From Ostreococcus lucimarinus (taxonomy: Eukaryota): a DNA stretch of 64,000 bases. Of this stretch, positions 36,586 to 47,000 are shown one piece after another (within the stretch, counting starts at the first letter, position 1; each line of letters starts with the position of its first letter). Made by a program: the position numbers and the translations under genes. Location of the stretch: NCBI GenBank assembly GCA_000092065.1, contig CP000594.1. The stretch is one strand, 5' to 3'. A model generated the notes under the pieces. The model was not told where the DNA came from. It saw nothing but the letters and a program-made list of their open reading frames with translations, and ran no database searches.

Positions 36586-39500
36586 ATGTCGAAGAAATCT
36601 GATCCACTGTATGTACCAGTCAACACGTGTGAAGACGACACAGTCGGTCTTCTTCGGACGATCGATGAAGTTCAAGTAGACGAGGGTGAAACCAACGTTA
36701 CTTCGCCCGAAGATAATAATTGTGACGGCGGCGTTCGAGTAGTAGACATGGTTGGGTTGATACGGAACGGGCTGCATGCGCGGAGGTGCGCGAGCAGACG
36801 ACGGTCCACCGCGATCATCCACGTTTTGTTAACTGTCGTTCTGGCAAGTTTTTTGCGTTCGACCTTGGCGTTTGAAAGGACAGATGGGTTTCAAGGCGAG
36901 CTTGAAGATACCGCACACGAAGGACCGGGAGCATCAAGGAGTTCGGTGGCGAACGAAACCGCGGCGCTGGGGTGTGCATGGGGGATACCTTGTCCGCCAG
37001 TGGCTCAGGCGGTGGTGGATGTCGTGTCAGATCCACATGGTGCTGCCGAAGATGCTGCGAACCTGGCTGGAGATGGACTCAATAGTGCTGTAGATGCAGC
37101 AGCGGCTGGGGCAACATTTTTGTACGATCAAGGGACGGCAGCCGCGAGCGCAGCAGCGGCAGCGGCGACAGAGTTGGCGTCGGCTGGATTTGAATTCGCC
37201 AAGGGTGCGGCCACAAGCGCATACGCGATGGGTTGCTCCGCGGCGGCGATGGCTTGGAACACGGCGACGGCGGTCTATGACCGTATGAGCGACCCAGAAA
37301 AATTTTTGTCAGACATGATTGACAGCTTTCCCACATCTTTGGGGGATTTGAAGTCGCTTTCGGGCAAGGCACTCGCAGTCGGTGGAGAAGCCTTCGTGGA
37401 GATGAATGCGAATAATCCCGTTGGACGCCAAGCGCTCGCTGCTGTCAAAAAGGCAAACGAAATCGGCGGCAAGTACGGTTTCGAGAACCTTCAGAAATTC
37501 ACCGCTGTGGGCGCGTCGTTGACGAATCGCGTTATCCCCGGCGGTGGCATAATTTTTGAAGCCGTGGACGTCGTCGGTGAAACGGCGCAAGATGCTGTGG
37601 ATACTGCGATTCTCATCGTGGAGTCTATGCTCAACGCTCTTGAGTGCAAAGTGTCGCCAGTCGATGTTATGGAGGTGATACAAAAAGTTGTCATCGAACA
37701 AATATCAAGCTGGAATGCGTTTGCGAAAATGTTCGAGGAGAAGAAGGGGACTGACTTCTTCTACAAACTCGATCATGTCATCTGCAATACTCTTTGGACA
37801 GTGGCTATGCCGCATGCGGACTTGATGGTGACGGCGATTGGCGTCCTCCTGGAAAAAGTCCAAGCCACTTGTCCAGGAGTTATCCCAGCGGATTCCAAAC
37901 CAGCAGCTACGCTGGGGTTGATTTTTGACGCGTCTGTAAAAGGGGGCTCAATGAAAGGTGTATCTGCTGAGGTTGGCATCGGTGCTGACATTGATGGGAA
38001 CAAATTTTGCTATTTCGGCTCCTGCGCTTACGCAGGTATATCGTTTGGTGGCTACGGTGCTGATGGGACGATGTTGGCGGGACTCAGTGTTTGGAAGTCT
38101 ATGGATTCAGTTCCGGGCACCTCGAGTACATTTGCGTTCGCGGCCGATATCACCATGCCATTACTCCCCTCGTTTGATCCCGGAGTCACGTTCGTTTCAA
38201 ACGACGCCGGGCTCATCGGCATCAGTGTCTCAAAAGAAATCCCCGGCGGCGACGAACCAAGTGGTGAATTTTCGGTCACGAAAGGGCGATGCGTAACGCC
38301 TGTTTGTGTCAAGACAGATGGTAATCCTTGTGGTGAGGGTCAGGCTGCTTGGTCCGACGTGGGCTCGCATGCGACTGCTGCAGTGGAGGCGATCAAGACG
38401 GATGAGTGCATAGTTGCTGGTGCCGGTGTGATTGAACAAAATGGTGGAATTTCCGTGAGTCGAGAAATCCGGTTACCGGCGTCTGGGGTGAACCTTCTTG
38501 CCGATGCTGAGGCAAACCCGACGGGAATGAAGAATTTTAAGCCCTCAAGCGTGAGGATTCCTGAGGGTAAATTCTTACTTGCGTTTACCGGTGGTGATGA
38601 AGCATTTAAGGGGAGCGAGACAGTGATTCGTAGCTATAAGTCAAAACTCAACAACCGTTTGTATTCAATGACGTCCTTTGTCGTTTCTGACATTGCAGCC
38701 GAGTTTCACGAAGAAGCGCCAAAATCAGTTGGCCCAGAACATGCTGGTTCAATCAGTAAATGTAAAGCGATGTGCGCGGTGAAGAAACACTGCTGCAATA
38801 CGGATGAATCCATCGGAAGTAACCAGTATCTAAGCTGCCTACAGGCATGCGTCGTCCGCGTGCGTGGAACCGACGAGCGGACATGTAACTCTTACTGTGC
38901 ATCTGCAACGACTTCTCGTCACATTAATGGTTACATGTACAACCTCGCAACATCTTGCGCTGATGTCGTTGCATCCGAAGGAAAGTTATGTTCTACTCGG
39001 TACGGTAGCGATCGTTCAACCTGCCTATACGGTTGTTCGATCGGACGCGACCCCGAACAATCGCTCGCAGTCGTCAAATCCACTGGATTCTATATGCAAC
39101 TTCCTGCGGCACATGTTACCCCCAGGTCGACGAATAATTTGCGCGATCGGACGTTGAGTAGTGTGATTGTTCGAGCCGGGTTTGTTGTTAAACTGTACGC
39201 CGGGCGCGACCTGAAAGGTCAATACCTGACGCTCGGGAGTTCGGCGACGCTGTATGGTAACCATGCGAGGTTCTATTCATCCTTACGCGGATCATTCCCG
39301 AACACGAAGTTTGCCTGGGCAAATTTCAATGACAGAACTCGGAGCATCGCCATCTTGGAGGCGCCTGTGACGCTTTATACGCAACCCAATTTCCATGGCG
39401 ATCATGAATCAAAACTTGAGCATGCATTTGACTACACCAGTCTCGGTCCGACAGTCGGGGACAGGCATGTTAATTCCATCTTTCTAAGAGAAGGATCTGT

Positions 39501-42500
39501 GGTTGAAGTATACGAGGGACGCAGTTTCAACGGTCGAGGCATGCAGTTCATATCCAGCGTATCAGATGTCCGCCGCGCAACTGAATCCATCGGTGACCTT
39601 TCTAGACCGACATGGCAAAGAGTTTATGGAACTGCAAGTATGGTTGACGCGGGTCGTGAAGAAGTATATAGTATTCACGCAGATGACGTCGCAAATACAA
39701 AGCCAGTTGATAATTCTGGTGACTGGTCGGACTTTTTGACACTGAAGTGGAGTCATATTTCTGTTGGGCCCACAGGCCATGTATGGGCGATTCGTAAACC
39801 TTACGGCAACGCTTATCACTGCATGCCACATCAAACCTCTTGCAAGACCAAATGGGAGTATACCAGGCTCACCCAGCTGGATGCTGGAAGTTTGTACGTT
39901 TGGGGGGTGACGTACTCGGGATACGTATACAGGCATCTCGTGAACACACACGAGGGTTCATGGACACGTGTAAATGCGCCAGATACGATGAAGCATATCT
40001 CAATAGGCCCAAGTGGCGATGTCTGGGCGGTATCGACGACGAATAAAGTATATTTCTGCGTGCATCCGTGTACTGGATCGTGGCGTGTCATCGGCGCATC
40101 CGCACCCGTAAAACGTCTCATATTTACTGTGAACAATGACAAATATATGGCTCGTGTCGATTTGAAGACTGACGGTAGTATTAATTTCAACGCTGGTCAT
40201 AAAGTAGCTGGCTGGTTGAGTCTAAGCGGAATCACGTACGCCACGAGCGGTCTCAACTATCTTTCCCTAAACTCGCGTTATTGGGAACATTATAGTGGCA
40301 TGAATGGCTACTGGTCGCCAGCCCAATACTCGTGCTCGAACGGCCTCGTTTCTGTGACTGGGCTCGTGAAGACAAAAAATCATGGCTGGGGGCAGGTCAT
40401 CGGTACTCTCCCGTCAGGGTGTCGTCCGACGAAAGCACTCATCTTCACCACGAATAACCACGATGAGCAGGCGCGAGTGAACGTATACGCCGACGGGACG
40501 ATCAAATGGGGTGCCGGCGGCAAGGGTCACGGATGGTTGAGCCTAAGTAACATTGTCTTTTCGACCAGTGGCAACGCGCTTTTACCTCTGAGCAATGGTT
40601 GGGCGCACTACAGTGGCACGAGTGGCTACTGGTCGCCTGCTGAGTACTCGTGCGCCGACGGCCTCGTGGTCTTGAGTGGATTAGTACGCGGTAGTAACTG
40701 GGGTTCTACTATCGGCACTCTTCCTCCGGGTTGTCGTCCGAAACAAGCTCTCATCTTCACCACGAACAACAGCGATAAGCAAGCGCGAGTGAACGTGTCA
40801 CCGGGGGGGGTGATCAAATGGTCACGTGGTGGCAAGGGCCACGGTTGGTTGAGCCTGAGCGGCATCGTATTTGCAATGACTGGGCTGCAGTTGATGCCTC
40901 TGAGCAACGGTTGGAAGTACTATAACGGCGCGAGAACGAGCGGGTATTGGGCACCCGCACAGGTCGCGTCTGTGCGCGGCCTCACCGTTGCTCAAGGCCT
41001 TATCAAAGGCGGTGGATGGGGTGGAACAATGGCAAAAATTACCGGTGGATGCGGATATATGAGTGATTTAATGTCCCTGACTAAGAAGAACGCGGGTCAA
41101 CATAGCACAGCACATAATGGCGTTGCAAGCCGCCCGTTGACGTCGACTCCAAATGGGCGCTGGGGGGGTGGCACGTGCACGCACACGAATCATGCGTCCG
41201 ACCCATGGTGGCGACTTGATATGGGGACGACGAGGACCTTGAGTTCGGTGGAGTTGTTGAATCGCAACGACTGCTGCAGTGACCGCTTTATCGGCCTCCG
41301 CGTCTACATCAGCAATCATAACTCCTACGTAAAGGATCATCCGAGTAACAAACAGTGCGGGCAGACGTTGGGATCGCCGAATACTGCCTGGAATATATTC
41401 GACTGCGGCGATGCCATCTCTGGGCGCTACGTATACGCCACCCTATATGGTAAAGCAGCACCGTTAACTATCTGCGGTGTCAGGATGTTCGAATCAAATA
41501 CGATGATAAAGCAGCTGGACGTTGGAAAGCGCTATGTTTACGGAACCAGTACGAATGGTCATCTTTTTAAAATCCGTGCCGATGGGGGCGAGGATAACTG
41601 GTCCCTCGTACATCGTTATAGCGAATTCGGCGGTATTGATGCCAATTATGTTTCAGTCTCACCGCATTCCGAACAATCGTCGTTCCTGTGGGTTACAAAC
41701 CAAGCGAACGAAATTTATCGCCAATCCATCGGAATACAAATCTCTTCCATGAGAGTCGCCTCGGCAATCGTAACTGCTTACAAAGGTGTGGGATTTACCG
41801 GTGATAGTCTGCCCCTGACTTCCGGTTTTTATAACTTTAAGACGCTCGAGGCAGACTCAGACGCCGGATTTAAGCTCACGAACCTCAGAGCGTTTGTGCG
41901 AAGCATCAAGTCTATAAGGATCCATCCAGACTACGAGGTTGAGCTGCGCGGTTATAATCAAGCACGAGCAGTCGTCACCTCTAGTACAATGGGAGTACAC
42001 GATTTTCATAAACTGGACACAGAGGGCAAGGAACACGAAGAGAATATAGTTGGAGCTACAAGATTTCCGCGACCGAGCGGTGTCTCACGCAAATCGACGT
42101 TTATGCCAATCGAAGCAACTACGCTAGGAACATGGATCCAAACACGAACTGCCAACGTTTACGTGATGTCAGATCTATCAGCCACCCCAAGTGCTCTCAT
42201 TAGGTACATTGCTGCGTACGGCGATGCAGAATATTGCAAAATGATCATGTTTCACGTGCGTCACGGCGATGAAGTCTCTGTTGTGCCTGAGGAGGCTGGA
42301 TATGCGACTTTTGGCATCAGAGATGCGTCTTCCGACAAGTGTCAGAATCGCGACGGTGTACTATCGCTCTGGCGTATAAAGCAAACTCCGAGATTGGCGC
42401 GCCGCGCGACAGATGCAGGCTACGGCATCGGAAAGTTGAAATTCTCGATTTTGGGAGGCTGGACGGGAGAAATAGCCTCAATGAAAGTGATGAGAAAACT

Positions 42501-42996
42501 CACTTATGTCCAAGGGTACTCCGGTGGCCGTCATCGTAATGAGGGAGGAAATCCAAAACGGACTCCACGAGAATGTCGGGACATCGCTAAAAGCAAGGGT
42601 TTACCTGCCTGGGGATTTCGAACCGGCCGTCATAATGATCCTAACTGGCGGTTTACGTGCTTCTTTTATGAGCACGGATTTGGGAGATTTGCGGGTAATG
42701 ATGACACAATGCATATGACAGGATGCGTCGATATATCCCGAAAGACCGCAAATGGCTGCGCACTGAGCGCATCAGCCAGCGCGCGGTTGGGTTCTGAAGA
42801 CTTAGAGACTTACCCTCGCGCGATGGCGAGACCAAAGGCGAGACTGCTAGAATCAGACTGGTACTATATCTCTGTCTGCTGTGTTCTCGTCAGCCTAGCG
42901 TCTGTGGTAGCGTTCGTCGCATTTCGACGCTCGCGAACGTCGGGCAAACGCATTCTACTTGAACGAGTCTCAACGAACTACGGTGCCACAATTTAA
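36586..42996 (+). CDS. Giant (2137 aa) lectin-like surface protein with a signal anchor, beta-gamma-crystallin-like and tectonin-like repeats, 3 x 105-aa repeats, a fucolectin/F5-8-type-C-like domain and a C-terminal TM
   Basis: The ORF is open from 36505 (TTG) and the first ATG is at 36586 ('MSKKSDPLYV'). The TM is 'AIIHVLLTVVLASFL'. Tectonin-like units are 'HISVGPTGHVWAIRK' and 'HISIGPSGDVWAVSTTNKVYFC'. The FTP/discoidin-like block is 'WWRLDMGTTRTLSSVELLNRNDCCSDRFIGLRVYISN...GRYVYATLYGKAAPLTICGVRMF'. The C-terminal TM is 'YYISVCCVLVSLASVVAFVAF'. Confidence 0.55.
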   Translation: MSKKSDPLYVPVNTCEDDTVGLLRTIDEVQVDEGETNVTSPEDNNCDGGVRVVDMVGLIRNGLHARRCASRRRSTAIIHVLLTVVLASFLRSTLAFERTDGFQGELEDTAHEGPGASRSSVANETAALGCAWGIPCPPVAQAVVDVVSDPHGAAEDAANLAGDGLNSAVDAAAAGATFLYDQGTAAASAAAAAATELASAGFEFAKGAATSAYAMGCSAAAMAWNTATAVYDRMSDPEKFLSDMIDSFPTSLGDLKSLSGKALAVGGEAFVEMNANNPVGRQALAAVKKANEIGGKYGFENLQKFTAVGASLTNRVIPGGGIIFEAVDVVGETAQDAVDTAILIVESMLNALECKVSPVDVMEVIQKVVIEQISSWNAFAKMFEEKKGTDFFYKLDHVICNTLWTVAMPHADLMVTAIGVLLEKVQATCPGVIPADSKPAATLGLIFDASVKGGSMKGVSAEVGIGADIDGNKFCYFGSCAYAGISFGGYGADGTMLAGLSVWKSMDSVPGTSSTFAFAADITMPLLPSFDPGVTFVSNDAGLIGISVSKEIPGGDEPSGEFSVTKGRCVTPVCVKTDGNPCGEGQAAWSDVGSHATAAVEAIKTDECIVAGAGVIEQNGGISVSREIRLPASGVNLLADAEANPTGMKNFKPSSVRIPEGKFLLAFTGGDEAFKGSETVIRSYKSKLNNRLYSMTSFVVSDIAAEFHEEAPKSVGPEHAGSISKCKAMCAVKKHCCNTDESIGSNQYLSCLQACVVRVRGTDERTCNSYCASATTSRHINGYMYNLATSCADVVASEGKLCSTRYGSDRSTCLYGCSIGRDPEQSLAVVKSTGFYMQLPAAHVTPRSTNNLRDRTLSSVIVRAGFVVKLYAGRDLKGQYLTLGSSATLYGNHARFYSSLRGSFPNTKFAWANFNDRTRSIAILEAPVTLYTQPNFHGDHESKLEHAFDYTSLGPTVGDRHVNSIFLREGSVVEVYEGRSFNGRGMQFISSVSDVRRATESIGDLSRPTWQRVYGTASMVDAGREEVYSIHADDVANTKPVDNSGDWSDFLTLKWSHISVGPTGHVWAIRKPYGNAYHCMPHQTSCKTKWEYTRLTQLDAGSLYVWGVTYSGYVYRHLVNTHEGSWTRVNAPDTMKHISIGPSGDVWAVSTTNKVYFCVHPCTGSWRVIGASAPVKRLIFTVNNDKYMARVDLKTDGSINFNAGHKVAGWLSLSGITYATSGLNYLSLNSRYWEHYSGMNGYWSPAQYSCSNGLVSVTGLVKTKNHGWGQVIGTLPSGCRPTKALIFTTNNHDEQARVNVYADGTIKWGAGGKGHGWLSLSNIVFSTSGNALLPLSNGWAHYSGTSGYWSPAEYSCADGLVVLSGLVRGSNWGSTIGTLPPGCRPKQALIFTTNNSDKQARVNVSPGGVIKWSRGGKGHGWLSLSGIVFAMTGLQLMPLSNGWKYYNGARTSGYWAPAQVASVRGLTVAQGLIKGGGWGGTMAKITGGCGYMSDLMSLTKKNAGQHSTAHNGVASRPLTSTPNGRWGGGTCTHTNHASDPWWRLDMGTTRTLSSVELLNRNDCCSDRFIGLRVYISNHNSYVKDHPSNKQCGQTLGSPNTAWNIFDCGDAISGRYVYATLYGKAAPLTICGVRMFESNTMIKQLDVGKRYVYGTSTNGHLFKIRADGGEDNWSLVHRYSEFGGIDANYVSVSPHSEQSSFLWVTNQANEIYRQSIGIQISSMRVASAIVTAYKGVGFTGDSLPLTSGFYNFKTLEADSDAGFKLTNLRAFVRSIKSIRIHPDYEVELRGYNQARAVVTSSTMGVHDFHKLDTEGKEHEENIVGATRFPRPSGVSRKSTFMPIEATTLGTWIQTRTANVYVMSDLSATPSALIRYIAAYGDAEYCKMIMFHVRHGDEVSVVPEEAGYATFGIRDASSDKCQNRDGVLSLWRIKQTPRLARRATDAGYGIGKLKFSILGGWTGEIASMKVMRKLTYVQGYSGGRHRNEGGNPKRTPRECRDIAKSKGLPAWGFRTGRHNDPNWRFTCFFYEHGFGRFAGNDDTMHMTGCVDISRKTANGCALSASASARLGSEDLETYPRAMARPKARLLESDWYYISVCCVLVSLASVVAFVAFRRSRTSGKRILLERVSTNYGATI
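40110..41060 (+). repeat. 3 x ~315-bp coding tandem repeats (105-aa unit 'ALIFTTNN..ARVNV..G.IKW..GGKGHGWLSLS.IVF...G..L.PLSNGW.HYSG.SGYWSPA.YSC..GLV...GLV')
   Basis: Visible in the translation. Confidence 0.7.
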
Positions 42997-43265
42997 ACAA
43001 ATCATTTCAAACCATCCTATTATTGGCATTGTGGTAAGTACAATCGACCTCACGGAAAAGGCAGGCGGTACTGGCGTCGAAGAGTCGCGTGAGATTTCGC
43101 TTAAGATTTCGGCACCCTCGCTTAAGATCTCTTCAGAATCGAATCTCTGAACGCAAGGCGTGGATGTACATTAAACCATGAACGAGGCGGGACACGGTTC
43201 GATTTTTGGATTACAAGTGTAGGTCTACTTTTACGTTTCGTGGACTCCGCTCGAGTCGGCCGATG

Positions 43266-44075
43266 TCACCATGTCAGGTGTTTCGAGTGCACTAGAGACG
43301 TGACCGCCGATACACAGGACGTCGAGCTCGGCGTGCCTGATTTCACGACTCGGCGACCATGGTTTGAAACCGAAATGACCATCGGCTTCAGGCCCAGGCG
43401 CGGCCGCAATGCTACTTTAAACTTAATTTTTTTTTTTTGAAAAAAGAGTAGTAAGAGTAATAAAAATAAACTTTTTTTTTGTTTGAGTTGGGGCCCCCCC
43501 AACATGATAAAACCGCACATCGACGTTGATGTACCACATGTAAGATTTCTCCGGGAACCAATCGTGTGAGTGAAGTGGTCAAACCAAGCCACGCAACTCA
43601 TCGACCGTAAATTGATACTTGTCGAGACTGCGCTTCGAAGGCAGCGTGCCGCGCGCTCGAGCATTCTTGAGGCACGTCTTACGCAGTATCTTTTCGCGTG
43701 CTGCTTGTAATAATTGAGTTGTCTGTAGTTACCATCGCCGCCGTCCCGCTTCGGCGTATATTGAGCTCTGCTGTAGGCCGGACTCTCGTCCACGTTCTCG
43801 TGGCACGCCTGCTTCTGGCTGCGTCCAGTAGCTCGGGAGTTGAATAAGCCGTCACGCTTCTCTCTCATGTAGGCACTTTTACGTTGATGGAGCTCTCCAG
43901 CTGGAATGTCCTTTTCGAGAACTCTCACGTCCGCGTCGCCAAACGTGAAGATTGGATGCCGTGCGTATTTATGCGAGGCAAGGCGCGCTCTGATCGAACC
44001 TGTCGTCGATCCGATGTACGTTTTGTCACATTTCGCATTATCGCTATACATTTCGTACACGCATCCCGACGGCAT
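43266..44075 (-). CDS. GIY-YIG nuclease, copy C. The catalytic core is intact, but the C-terminal third is frameshifted by a 1-bp deletion, making it a possible pseudogene.
   Basis: The first ~120 aa match copies A and B. 'cgcagtatcttttcgcg' lacks one T relative to 'cgcagtattcttttcgcg' in A and B, so the frame runs on to 269 aa. Confidence 0.6.
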   Translation of the reverse strand: MPSGCVYEMYSDNAKCDKTYIGSTTGSIRARLASHKYARHPIFTFGDADVRVLEKDIPAGELHQRKSAYMREKRDGLFNSRATGRSQKQACHENVDESPAYSRAQYTPKRDGGDGNYRQLNYYKQHAKRYCVRRASRMLERAARCLRSAVSTSINLRSMSCVAWFDHFTHTIGSRRNLTCGTSTSMCGFIMLGGPQLKQKKSLFLLLLLLFFQKKKIKFKVALRPRLGLKPMVISVSNHGRRVVKSGTPSSTSCVSAVTSLVHSKHLTW

Positions 44076-47000
44076 TTGTCCTGGTTACCTATCTATCCCT
44101 AAGAAAATATTGTTGCCTCCTCCTGCGGTTTGCAGTCACATTCGAGAGACCATAGGTACTCGTGTCGCTGCGTGGGGTGCAAGGTCCGGGATGTAGATAT
44201 CGAACCGCCCGATTTCACACCTGGACGTTCGTGATCCGTCGAGACCTGACGAAATGACGAACTTGTTTTGTCGTCCCGAAATTCGTCAGCCCGTCGTTCG
44301 GTCACACTTTGTGTGTACCAATGATGAAAATGACGAAATGTTAAAATATTTTAATGTTTATTTTTATTTTAGATCTATGACAAGCAACAGTGTAGACCTT
44401 TATGAAAACAGTTCGTCATTCGTCATTTCGTCAGGATCCAAACCATGGTCTTTTTGGTGTCTTGTTGAGTCTTCATATTGCAAATGTACGAATTACAAAA
44501 TTAGTATGAGCACCAGACGACCGCCGGCGCGAGCTCCGTCTCCCCCGTGTACCCATTGTTCTTCAGCCACTCGAAGCACCCGTCGCGGTCAATTTCCCAA
44601 TAAACGCCCTTCTCGTCCCTACCTTGCCTCAGGTGGTCCTCTTGCATTGGGACCCTGTGGCCCTTTTCCTTCTTGAAGAAGTCCTTGAGCTTATTACCGA
44701 CCTTCGTCGCGCTATCTTGACCGCGCGCAGCCGCTGGCAACCACGTCTGGTATTCGATGAAGATGTCACTGTTGCGGATTTTATTTCCAACCCACTTCTC
44801 AGGGAATTCAACAGTGACGCAATGCTCAAACCATCGAGTGAACTTGGGCATGCATCCACGCTTCATTTCCGAATACGCATCGGTCGTAGGTCTGTCTTTG
44901 ACGTAGTCAAAGGTCGATAGGTCGAGCCCCATGAGATGGTCGTAGATTGCCCTCAAGTTCCTCGGATCCCTGATGTAAACCTCGCGGAATTCCTTCAAGA
45001 ATCCAGTCTGGTCGTTCAAGTGCGTGAGCAGTGGCTCCATGACGACGAACCGACGATCACTCATTTCCAGAAAGACCGGGTAGTCGTCGTTCGAGAAAAA
45101 TAGGAACCCAACCAGATTCATGATGACGTACAGCTGCACGTGCTTCGGGTTGATTGTGAAACTCGTGTCCGTGAGCATCGACTTCAGCAACTTTCTATAC
45201 ATTTTCATGATGCACTCATCTGCTTCGTTCAACGCGAGGCACTTTTTGCCTTCAATCATGTTCGCATGCGTCCCAAATATGTCCTTTTTCGGATCAGCCG
45301 TCTCGTGAAACGTCTTGCCCATGAGCGCGTGAAGCAGGTGCAGGAAAGTGCCCTTGCCGGTACCTTGGACTCCTCGAAACACGAGCGACGTGATCGGCTT
45401 CTCTTCGGGTCTCTGGAAGAGACACGCGAACCAATTCGAAGCGTACTCGAGCGCATTTTCTGAACCGCCACATAGCACCAGGAGGAGCTCGAGGAAAGGC
45501 TTCACGTCGCCCTCTTTGCCCAGTTCACTGGGGATGCCTTCGACCGGGTAGCCTCGCCACAGATTGTACGTCTTGTTGCTGCAGTTTTTCGGGACGACGT
45601 CGAGGTTATCGTACACCCGTTTATTGTCGTCGTCGAGCCACTTTTCGATGAACCCGTTTTTCTTGCCTTTCCTCAAGACACCGTTCTCATCGACAAAGGA
45701 GAGCTCTCGATAGCGCCTCACCAAAGCGGCCTCGCTGTACTTGGTAATGTCCCCGGTGGTTCCATAACAGCTATCGTCGCAGAAGAGGTCCTTGGTTAAG
45801 ATCTTTGCGACGTGCTTCTCGAACTCACGGCGGACCTCGATGTAGCCCGCAGACGTGCCCTCTTTGATTTCGTTCTGCTCCTTTTCGGTGATACCGGTCA
45901 CCAAACACCCAACCTCAAAGCGAAACTGTCTGGGCTTGCAGTTGCCATGGTTTTTCACGGTGAGCACGCCGAGACCGACCTCGGCGACGTAAAAGTGATT
46001 CCCACCGCCCCTTCCATTGCCTTCGTGGAAGCCCCCACAGCAAGGACATTGGCCCACAGTGGTGCCTCGCTGTGGGCGACATTGGTCGCATTCAAAATCA
46101 TACGATGTCGCTCCACTGAGCCAATGTATGCCCGTGAACCCCATTTCCTCGAGCAAAGGTGTCACAGATGCTTGCGTAAAGCTGCACTCCGTGTCCGCGC
46201 GTTCGACCTTGTGACCGACTTTGCCATCAAGGAAACTGTACAAATCGTTGGGCATCGGTGGTAAATTGTTGATGTCGCCTCGGAGTAGCTCGTAGCCCGG
46301 GGCATCGGCACCGACCACGTAGTTACCCGTCGTACGGATATCGACGAACCCTTCGATGCCCACCGTGCCTTTCCAATCGCCGAATCGTTCTTCGTCCCAT
46401 GCGAAGTACGTGTGGTACCCGCCTGATCGCGTTTTGACGATATACGCGCCTTCCCCGCCGACCTTGCGCGTCAACATTTCTTCCGTGAGTTCAAACTCGC
46501 ACTTGCCACCGTAACAATCCCAGTCGATGACGAGGACACGGTTCGGTCGCCCTGTCAGCACGCCGTACATTTCTCCTGGGATGACTTTCTGCGTATTCCG
46601 TTCATAGTTTGCTTCATCGAGGAACCCCCTGCCGCATGTTGGCTCCTTGTCCTGGTCGAGTGGGATCAGATGCATGCCGTTCGTAAATTCTCTGGCGTCC
46701 ATATATATCACATAAGAAAAGAATTCTTTAAGCCGTGTTTTTCCTGGTCACATCGGCGCGATGACTGATTTTCAAGTTTTTCAACAGCCTGGAAAAGCAC
46801 GCCAGCACGCCCCACTGGTCAACATTTTGCCACTTTTTCGACGAGATCGGGGTACTGCAAAGCACACGGCGAAGACGGGTGGCCGATGATCCATGTGTCC
46901 GTGTCTTCTCTGATGATTCGCTCCCGTTCATGGCTCAAGTGGTCGCGCGACCTCGCGCGTGAACGAAGGTGCCAAATTTTAGGTACCAGAGGTGCCCATT

